Assembly (NCBI RefSeq): GCF_009914755.1
Contig: NC_060932.1
Origin: the human T2T-CHM13v2.0 reference genome, Homo sapiens
Strand: one strand, 5' to 3'
DNA: 64,000 bases
Part shown: positions 13,812 through 24,280 of the stretch, piece by piece
How the letters are laid out: each line of letters begins with the position of its first letter
Numbering within the stretch: the stretch's first letter is position 1
Translations under genes and position numbers: made by a program
The notes under the pieces: generated by a model
Database searches by the model: none
Told to the model about the DNA's origin: nothing
What the model saw: the letters and a program-made list of their open reading frames with translations, nothing else

Positions 13812-14243
13812 CCTCGTGCTATCCCCAAACTGCCATTCTTAACTCTTGAAGTAAATAAATAATCTTTGCTGGCAGGGCTATGCTGAATCTCCTTAGGCAC
13901 TCTCTAATCAGATGTCCTGAGTTGTCCCAATTCTTAGACTTTTTATACCTGTTTTTCTCCTTCTGTTATTCCATTTAGTTTTTCAATTCATACAAAACCA
14001 TATCCAGGCCATCACCAATAATTCTACACAACAAATGTTTCTTCTAACAACCCCACAATATCACCCCTTACCACAAAATCTTCCTTCAGCTTAATCTCTC
14101 CCACTTTAGGTTCCCACACCGCCCCTAATCCGGCTTGAAGCGGCCCTGAGAAACATCGCCCATTCTCTCTCCATACCACCCCCCAAAAATTTTCGCCACC
14201 CCAAGACTTCAACACTATTTTGTTTTATTTTTCTTATTAATAT

Positions 14244-14256
14244 AAGAAGGCAGGAA
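14244..14256 (+). other. Polypurine tract
   Basis: AAGAAGGCAGGAA immediately before the LTR start TGTCAGG. Confidence 0.85.
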
Positions 14257-14644
14257 TGTCAGGCCTCTGAGCCCAAGCCAAGCCATCGCATCCCCTGTGA
14301 CTTGCACGTATACGCCCAGATGGCCTGAAGTAACTGAAGATCCACAAAAGAAGTAAAAATAGCCTTAACTGATGACATTCCACCATTGTGATTTGTTCCT
14401 GCCCCACCCTAACTAATCAATGTACTTTGTAATCTCCCCCACGCTTAAGAAGGTTCTTTGTAATTCTCCCCACCCTTGAGGATGTACTTTGTGAGATCCA
14501 CCCCTGCCCGCAAAACATTGCTCTTAACTCCACCGCCTATCCCCAAACCTATAAGAACTAATAATAATCCACCACTCTTTGCTGACTCTCTTTTTGGACT
14601 CAGCCCACCTGCACCCAGATGAAATAAACAGCCATGTTGCTCAC
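14257..14644 (+). mobile_element. HERV-H 3' LTR, U3-R only (LTR7 family; type-II repeats suggest LTR7B/LTR7Y)
   Basis: TGTCAGGCCTCTGAGCCCAAG start; TGTACTTTGTAATCTCCCCC-type repeats; TATAA 14550; AATAAA 14623-14628; U5 replaced by poly(A). Confidence 0.9.
14550..14581 (+). promoter_or_regulatory. LTR TATA box and inferred transcription start site
   Basis: TATAA at 14550, 31 nt upstream of G14581, the base equivalent to the first base (10190) of the retrocopied RNA. Confidence 0.75.
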
Positions 14645-15145
14645 AAAAAAAAAAAAAAAAAAAAAGAATCGAATGGAAATTTTAGAAATAAAATGTATTA
14701 TATATAAATAGAAATTTATAGGATGGCCTCAATAATATCGTGGAAATGACAGAGGAAAGAATCAATGAGCTTGATGAGAGAGCAGTAGAAGTTATATAAT
14801 TTGAGGTAAAAGGAAGAAAAACATTGAAAAATATAAACAGTTTCAAGTGTCAGTAGAAAAATGTCAAACATTATAACATGTAAAATTGGAGCCCTAGAAA
14901 GAGAAGAGCAAGTAGTGAGCAGAAAAAAATAATTAAATATATAGGTAGCCAAAAACTCCCCATATTTGGTGGCAGAAATAAATTTGCAGTATCAAAAAAC
15001 TCAACGTACCCCAAACAGGATGAATAAGAAGCAATCAGTTAAGCACATTGTACTCAAATTGATCAAAATTAAAAATAAAAAGAAATTTTTGAAAGTATCC
15101 AGGAGAAACCATACATACATACAGAAAAACCATGATTCAAATGAC

Positions 15146-15462
15146 TTTTTTTTTTTTTTTTTTTTTTGATACAGTCTCGCCTGTCACCCAGCTGGAATGC
15201 AGAATGCAGTGGCATGATCTCAGCTCACTCACAGCAACTCCATCTCTCAGGCCCAAACAATCCTCCTGCCTCAGACTCCTGAGCAGCTGGGATCACAGGT
15301 GTGCACCCATGCACCACCACGCCCAGCCAATTTTTGTATTTTTAGTAGGGACACAGTTTCACCATGTTGGCCAGGCTGGTCTCAAACTCCTGACCTCAAG
15401 TAATCCGCCTGCCTCAGCCTCCCAAAGTGTTGGAATTACAGGCGTGAGCCACTGCGCCCAGC
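15146..15462 (-). mobile_element. Alu
   Basis: Poly-T followed by reverse Alu, ending GTGAGCCACTGCGCCCAGC. Confidence 0.95.
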
Positions 15463-15750
15463 AAATGATGAAGTACTTCTCATTTGAAACTACCTAAGCC
15501 AGAAGACACTGGACCAGCAATGTTGAAATAAAAAGAAATATCAAACCAGAAATCTGTAACCTCAATAAATTAAAGGTGAATAATATCATACATAGGATAT
15601 TCTCTAATCACGAGAGAATTAAACCAGAAAGCAAAGCCAATAAAATATCTAGGAAAATATCTAAAATATTTCCTTTATTTGTAAATTAAATAACACTTCT
15701 AAAAGACCCATGGGTCAAAGAAGACATTAATTTATAAAATATTTCAGATT

Positions 15751-16045
15751 GGACCAGGCATGGTGGCTCACGCCTGTAGTCCCAGCACTTTGGGAGGCAG
15801 AGACAAGTGCATCACTTGAGGTCAGGAGTTCGAGACCAGCCTGGCCAACATGGTGAAACCCCATCTCTACTAAAAATATAAAAAATAGCTGGGCATGGTG
15901 GTGGGTGCCTGTAATCCCAGCTACTTGGGAGACTGAGGCAGGGAGGCATTGAACCTGGGAGGCAGAGGTTGCAGTGAGCTGAGATCATGCCATTGCCCTC
16001 CAGCCTGGGTGACAAGAATGAAACTCCATCTAAAAGAAAAAAAAG
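15751..16045 (+). mobile_element. Alu (S-type)
   Basis: GGACCAGGCATGGTGGCTCACGCC...A tail. Confidence 0.95.
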
Positions 16046-18378
16046 ATCGAATTGTGTGATAATAAAAGCATAACATATCAAAAAAATGGAATTAAAGACT
16101 TTACAGATTTAAAAACTAATATGACTCAATACTGATAGATCTAAACTACAAGGAAAGCTAAAGGAAAATAATACCTCAAGGAAAAGAATATTAAATAAAA
16201 AGTCGAAAGTATGAAAAGGAAGAGAGTGAAAATAGTAAACATAGTGAAAATATAAATATTTTCCTCGTTTTAATTTCTAATTTAGTTAAAAGCAAAATAA
16301 TGTGAATGCATTGTGAGGCTTATAACTTAAATATAAAATCTACAACAATAACACAATGGATGGGATGGGGAAATGTAAGTATATTGTAGTAAGGTTCTGA
16401 TATTATATGAAATGGTGTAATAGTATTTAAAGGTAGACTACGCTAAGATATTATACATTAACTGAATATTTTATATTTTTATATTTTAATTATTTAATAA
16501 TTTTTCACTATATTTAAATGAAAAAATTATGCTATTTCAAATTTTCACTATTTTCAAGTGAAACTATTTTATATTTTCTCTTTTGTTCAAGGGAAATATT
16601 TTTCTCTCTTGTCTATATGTTGATGCTCTTAATGGAATCTTATTTCTCTGATACTTTGTTCTGTTTTCTCCATTCTATTTTCTCACTATTCCCTGGATTG
16701 TAAAATCTCTGTTGATCTAGCATCAAGATCACTCATTCTATTTTCTGCTAGCTAGTGACTGCTCTAGGGGTTTCCACATACATCTTACCTCATGAGAATC
16801 TATTTCAGATTTGTACTACATTAATTCCAGAGATATAGAAATATTACTCCAATTTTCTCATCTGCCTTTTTTGTGCTATTGTTATGCATAAAACCAGTTA
16901 TAAGTTGTTGTAATTATTACTTCATATATTGTTTGTTCAAAAAGCTTAGAGAAGAAAGGAGGAAAAGTATATATTCATGAGTTTGTTATAAGGAGCTCTC
17001 ATTTATAATTTGGTTTTCTTCATTTGTTCCTCTGGATTTAAGTTAACATTTGGTATTAATGACTTCCTTTAATACAATTTTCTCCATTTCTTTTGTTCCA
17101 TTATTATCAAATATGTTACATTTGTATATGTTATGTAACCACAATTTAATTTTAAAAATATTGTTTTATAAAACTGCCTTTTAAATCAGTTAATACTAGT
17201 AAGGAGAAGAAATATGCATTGGTGGTCTTTTATAACTACATAATTACCTTTCCTAGTCTCCCTCCCTACCGTGTGTGTGTTTGTGTGTGTGTGTATGTCT
17301 ATTTGAATTACTGTGTTTGGTTATTTTCACCTAAAGAAGTTTCTGTAGTATTTCTTATGTAGTCAGTTGGCTAGGAACAAATTGTCTCAGTTTGTGTTTA
17401 TCTGGGAATGTCTATTTTTCACTTTTATTTTTTGAAAGACAGTGTTCTAGATATAAGATTCTTGGTTAGCAGCTTTTTTTTTTCTTTCAGTACTTTGCCT
17501 ATGATATTTCACTGCCTTTTGGCCTCTGTTGTTTCTGATGAAAAGTCAACTGTTAATATTATTTGGGGCTCCTTGTACATGACTAGACAGTTTTATCTGA
17601 CTGCTTCAAGATTTTTGTCTTTGTCTTTCAGCATCTTTGTTACAATGTGTCTGTGTGAATCCCTTTAAATTTAGGCTACTTGGAGTTTGCTGAACTGCCT
17701 GGATTCATAGATTCATGAGTTTTGGCAAATTTGGGAAGGTTTTAGCCATTATTTAAAAAATTTTTTTCTGTGTTTTTTTCTCTCCTGTCTATATGTTATG
17801 CTCTTTATGGTGTCTTATTTCTCTCATACTCTGTTCTGTTTCCTTCATTCTGTTTTCTCACTACTCTCTGGATTGCATAATCTCTGTTGATCTAGCATCA
17901 AAGTCACTCATTCTATTTTCTGCTAGTTCAAATCTACTCTAGCGAATTTTTATTTCAATTGCTGTAATTTTCAATTCCAGTGTTTTCATTTAGTTTTATT
18001 TTATACAATCTATCTCTTTATTGATATTTTGTTATGACAAAGCATTATCATCAAACCTTTCTTTAATTTTTCAGCATGAATTTTCTTAGTTCTTTGAATA
18101 TATTTAATTGGCTGCTTAAGTGTTTGTTAAATCCAATTACCAAGCTCTCTCACAGTTACTTTTTGTTGTCTGCTATATTTTGCTGTATATGACTCATACT
18201 CACCTGTTTTCTTCATGCCTCATAATCTTTTTTGTCAAAAATTGGATTTTAAAAATAATATATCAGAGGAAATCTGGATACTAATCTTTCCTTGCTTGAA
18301 AGGAAAGGTCTGCTTATTTGTTAATTGACTAGCCAGACCATTTTAGTGAAGTCTATTTCTCTCAGAGTGCAAACCCTC

Positions 18379-18748
18379 TCTATTAGTTCATTCTCACACT
18401 GCTAATAAAGACATGCCCGAGACTGGGTAATTTATAAAGGAAAGAGGTTTTATTGACTCACAGTTTCATATGGCTGGGGAAGCCTCAGGAAACTTACAAT
18501 CATGGTGGAAGGGGAAGCAAATATGTCCTTCTTCACATGTTGGCAGAAGAGAGAATGAGGGCCAAGCAAAGGGAGAAGATGCTTATCAAACCATCAGATC
18601 TCATGAGAACACACTCACTATCATGAGAACAGTATGAGGGAAACTGTCCCCATGATTCAATTATCTCCACCTGGTGCCGCCCTTGACATGGGGAGATTAT
18701 TACAATTCAAGATGATATTTTGGGTGGGGACACAGCTAAACCATATCA
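18379..18748 (-). mobile_element. MaLR solo LTR (THE1/MST type)
   Basis: TATTAGTTCATTCTCACACTGCT...GGGGACACAGCTAAACCATATCA; 5-bp TSD CCCTC (18374-18378, 18749-18753). Confidence 0.92.
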
Positions 18749-21700
18749 CCCTCTAATGTCTCTCCTCATAGAACACAGCTTTGTCATGAGCACAGTCACA
18801 TGAGTTGACAGCAATTTTACCAGGGCTATTTTGATTCTCTGATTTGCCTGATCTCTCTATTCGGTTGTATTGCGCGCTTAGTATCATAAACAGCTGTTTG
18901 TCCTCACTAATTGCTGGCTAATTGCTCTATTGTATTCAACCATGCCCTGGGACACATATTGTTCCATAGTCTGATTCTATTAAATTTGGGTTCCTTTGCA
19001 GGATAATTTTTGAAGCCAGTCGTGGAAAGTTGCTCTGATATGAAAAAGTCATTTATTAGCTACCATTTCTCTGGTTCTCTTTAATTAAATGGCTAACAAA
19101 TGATGTAGCTTGTTGCTCTCATAAAGCTATCAGCCTTTTTAACTTGCTTGCCACCAAAATCTCCATTGTTTTCCAGAATGCCCTTAGGGTTGAGTCCCTC
19201 ACTCTAGTACAAACAAAGTAATGTTTTGTGTGTGGAAGAGGGACTGAAAGGGAGTGGGGAGCTTCAGGGGGTCTCCATTCTTATGCTTCTCTCCTCTAGA
19301 GAAAATATTTAAGATACAGCTGCAGACCTTGAGACGGGGCAATGCTCAACTTTTTTTGGATTGACACCCCTGCTTTATGCACAGGGAACTGTGCAGGGTT
19401 GTATCATTTGTCTCCTCAGCTTGCCTCTCCTGGCATGAAACCTCTGCTCATTACAAACTGGGATAATTTCAGTTGGGGCCCCAGTAACCACAACATGCTG
19501 TACTTAACATAGAGCTTCTACTCCACAAGTCTGGAATGAATACAGGGAGGAAATCTTTAAATTCCTGGCCATACTTGCCTGGGTCTTAGCCTCTGCAACA
19601 CGTACGTATGGAACTTTAGTGATACTGGTGGCCTAACTGTAGGAAGGAGGTACTAACTAGGAAGGAGATGGGAACTGAGGGACCAGGAGTACTGTTATCT
19701 CCGTGTCGTCTTTTTATAGAGGTGTCTCTGTCACACTGAGCTGGGAATAGGAAGGGAAAGAGCAGGTTATGGTTCAATTGCCATGGACTCTGATTTTTCT
19801 TATGAAATTTTTCTTGAATGAATGTTCCTACATTTGCTTTATGTCCTTAAAACAATTTTCAGGTATTTTAAATGGTGACTTTTGCATAATTTTCATAAGT
19901 AGTGATTGTTTCATAACTTATGTGGAAAGTAGGGAAGTGGAGCTCTGCTTGTCATGAGTCTGATTAGGATTAGATTTAAACCATAGAACAATTTTAGAAA
20001 AAGTATCATTTTAATAACAAGAGTCTTATGATATATGTCCATAATGTAACTTTCCATTTATTTTGGTCTTTTGAAGTTTTTTAACATTATTTTGTAGTTT
20101 TCATAAATGTTGTATATGTATTTTTAAATGTAGCTTTTATATTGCATGTTTTTGATAGTGTTGTTAATGTTATTTATTGAATTGTCAAAACCAATTTTCT
20201 GAATTCTTTATTCTTTATTGTGTATGGCTATTGACTTTTGCATTCTGTTAGTTTAGTAGTCAGCTAGTGTTTTGATAGTTTCCTTAAATGCCTATAATCA
20301 AGAAAGGAAGAAGAAAAGAAAGAAAATGAAAGAAAAATATGTCTTCATAGTATTGGCAGATGGGCTTTATGTTATGTCACTCCTTTAACCCTTAACCAAG
20401 CCATTTACAACCCTACCTTACCATTCACATCCTATTTGAGCAGAGCTTGGCGGTCAGCCAGAGTTAGAAGTATAGCGTTGTCTCTAGCCTTTTCTGAGCA
20501 GGCATCCTGCTGTGGGTATTTGCTTGGCCTTCTCAATTCTTCAGCATTTGTGGAAGTTTTTAAAAGCCTTTGTACTCCATATATCTCCTTTCTCAACTTC
20601 TTTTCCAGGCTTTTTGATATGTTTATTGCCTATGCTGATTATTGTCCCTATATTGACCTGATATAGCCAATACTGTGCCTCTAAATTCTTTCAGAAAATG
20701 CCACATGGGAAGCTACTTCATCCTTGGTAGTGTTCTGAGTCCGGTAAAACAAAGGTAAGTCCTTGTGCTGGACCTTCAGGGAGATATCAGAAAGGTTGAA
20801 ACAGATAACCACAATTCTTAGAGCACGAGGTCCATATTGCTGTTTTGACGCTAGGAATTTGCACCAAGAGTCCAACTGCTGTCCTCATGGCTGCTAATTT
20901 GGGCATTGGAGATGTTAGGTTAGCAACAGAGAATGGCATAATATAGTTTTACTGCAGGCAGCAGCTTCTTTCTTAACCAAATTTTTCCTTTCTTATTGTG
21001 AGTTTTTGACTAGATTCCAGAGATCTGCAAAAGTTGACTCTAACACATTTTTCCTAGCTTATTATTTTTGTGTGTGGAGAGATGGGGTCCTGTAATTTTC
21101 ACTCCACCATTTTTGGTGACATCTTCCAATTCATTCTTGTATATTTGCCTTACATCCTGTTACCTTCCTATATTTACTTAATAGTTTTGTTACTTTTTTT
21201 GTAGTTCATCAGCACTTCTACATGGATAACTACTTCTGTAAGTAAGACAATTTTACAGTCTCTTTTGCAATCTGGAGACTATTTATTTTTATTGTCTTAT
21301 TTCCTTGTATAGGAGCTCCAGTAAATTGCTGAATAAAAGTGGTTAGAATTAAAATTCTTTTTATATCCCCAATCTGAGGGAAAAAGCATTTATTTCTTCT
21401 CTGACATGGAATATGATATGAGTTCTAGGTTTTTGTTAGATGGTCTTTATTAGATTTTATTATTAATGGGTGTTTAATTTTGTAAACATTTTTTAATCTA
21501 CTGAGATGATTACGTATGTTGTTTATTTCTGTGATAACTTCATTGATCAACTTTCTGATATTAAATCAGTTTTGCCTTACTTGGAGTAATCAAATTTTAA
21601 TTATGCTATATTAACCATTTTATATATTGTTGAGTTCACTTTATTAAGATTTTGATAAGGATTTTTATGTTGATTATTGGTTTGTAGTTTTCTGTTTTCT

Positions 21701-22094
21701 AATGTGTTTTCATTTTTTATTTTTGGTATTTGTGTCAGGGTAATACTAGCCTCATAAAATGAGTTCAGAAGTTCTCACTTATTTCTATTTCCAGGAAGAG
21801 TTAGAGTAGAATTGGTGTTGTTTATAGAATACACTAGTAAAGCCTTCTTGGTCTTGTGGTTTCTTTCTTAGAATGTTTTTATCTATAAATTCTGTTTCTT
21901 TACATGACTCAGGTTATCTGTTTCCTCTTCATTGAACTTTGGCAGCTTCAAGGAGTTTTCCTCTTTCATCTAAGTTTTTAAATTTATTGCCATAAAGCTA
22001 TTAATATTTTATGTCATTTCAATACCAGTAGAAACTCTAGTGCTTTTATATCTCTCACGCTTGATATTGGTAACTTACATAATCTCTCTTTTTA

Positions 22095-22388
22095 CCTTTT
22101 TTAAAATTTTTTGTGACAAAGTCTGTGTCTGTCACGAGGCTGGAGTGTATTGGTACAATCTTGCTCAATGCAACCTCTAACTCCTGGGCTCAAACGATCC
22201 TCCCGCCTTAGCCTCCTGAGTAGCTGGTACTACAGGTGCATGCCACCATGCCTGGCTAATTTGGGTGGCGGGGAGATGGAGTTTTGTCATATTGTACGGG
22301 CTGGTCTCAAATTCCTGGGCTCAAGCAATCTGCCAGCCTCAGCCACCCAGGGTGCTGGGATTACATGCATGAGCCACCACACTTGGCC
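22095..22388 (-). mobile_element. AluJ-like
   Basis: Reverse Alu with CCTGGGCTCAAGCAATC J-type features. Confidence 0.9.
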
Positions 22389-23511
22389 TCTTTCTATTTT
22401 AATGAGTCTGGCTAGACACTCATTGTTTTTAAATATTCAGCTTTATATTTCATTTTTTTAACATTATGTTTGTTTTTTATTTATTTCCTGTCTTTGTTAT
22501 TTTTTTCTTTTTTGTTGTAATTTGCCCTTATGTTTGAATTTCTAAATAGAAATTTCTTCCATTGTTTTAAACATAAGCCTTAAGGGTAACTTTTATGGCA
22601 GCACTGTTTGAACTAACTGCATTCTTCAGATATTGCTGTTTTTGTTTTCAATTTTCATTTAGTTCAAAATATTTTCCACGTTCCCTTTCCCTAGTTTTTC
22701 TTGAACTATGGGTTATTTGTATTTATAGCATTCAATTTTAAAATATTTTGAGATTTTATACTTATATTATTCATTTCTGATTTAATTTAAATGTAGCCTA
22801 AGAACATACATTTATTTATTCAAACCATTTTAAATTTATTGAAAATTATTTTTAAGGACCGATTTTGGTCTGTCTTGGTAAACGTGTGTGTATGTGTGCG
22901 CATGTGCATGCACATATTTGTGTGTGTGTTTTTGTGATCTTGAAAAGAATGTGTGTTCTTTGGAGTCAGGTAAAATGCTATATAACTGTCAATTATGTCA
23001 GGTTGTTTGGTAATGTTATTCAGGTCTTCAGTATCCTCAATGATTTTCAGTCTATATTTTCTGTCAATTATTGAGAGATTAGTTTTGAAATCTCTCCTTA
23101 TAATAGTGGTTTTACTTCATTTTATATTTGATTTTTTCAGTTTTGATTCATTTAACTAGAAGGTCTTTTATAGGTATATAAACTGTTTGTATGGTTATAT
23201 CCTCTTGATGAATTTATTATCATCATGAAATGATCAACTTTTTCCATGGTAATATTTCTTTATCTGAAATTTACTGTATCTGATGTTAAGATAGCCACTC
23301 AAACTATTTTTTATTAAATGTTATACATCTTTTTCAGTTTTTCACTTTGTACTTGTTACTTCTTCAATGTAGTTTTTTAAAAATATGCATCATTTAGTTG
23401 AATCTTTTCTAGCTAATGTTATAGTCTCTGACTTTTAGAATTGATGTTTAAGATCCTTTACATTTAGTGTAATTATTCATAAGTCTGAATTTATATTCCA
23501 CATTTTCCTAT

Positions 23512-23816
23512 TTATTTTATTTTATTTATTTTTGAGACAAAGTCTTGCTCTGTCACCCAGGCTGTAGTGTAGTGGTGTGAATTCGGCTCAGTGTGAACTC
23601 AGCTCAATGCAACTTCCACCTCCCTGGTGCCTCAGCCTCCTGAGTAGCTGGGATTACAGGTGTGTGCCACCACACCTGGATAATTTCTGTATTTTTAGTA
23701 GAGATGGGGTTTCACCATGTTGGCCAGGCTGGTCTCGAACTCCTGGCCTTAAGTAATCCACCCACTTCAGCCTCCCAAACTGCTGCAATTACAGACATGA
23801 GCCACCACACCTGGCC
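23512..23816 (-). mobile_element. Alu
   Basis: (TTTA)n tail, then reverse Alu ending CACACCTGGCC. Confidence 0.93.
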
Positions 23817-23971
23817 TATTTTTTTTTTTTTATTTTCCTGCAGTTCGGATTACTTTTCTATAATTTTCTTTTATCTTTTTTTGGCTTATTTATTTATTTA
23901 TATGATGTGTTTAAAGTCTACCTTCAAATGATGTTATACCACTTAAAATATAGTATAAGAAACATTCAATT

Positions 23972-24280
<309 letters not shown>

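Larger units (their letters stand above)
10190..14660 (+). mobile_element. HERV-H element in RNA (processed) form: R-U5-internal-U3-R-poly(A), 16-bp TSD
   Basis: Starts at GCTGACTCTC (R), has a tRNA-His PBS, gag/pro/pol remnants, a PPT and a 3' LTR ending at the poly(A) site followed by an A tail; flanked by AAAAAGAATCGAATGG at 10174-10189 and 14661-14676. Confidence 0.95.
14677..16460 (+). mobile_element. Old L1 ORF1/ORF2 fragments (continuation), interrupted by two Alus
   Basis: GAAATTTTAGAAATAAAA, GAGGAAAGAATCAATGAGCTTGA and [28 protein letters not shown] (ORF 14966..15169) are L1 ORF1-like. Confidence 0.75.
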
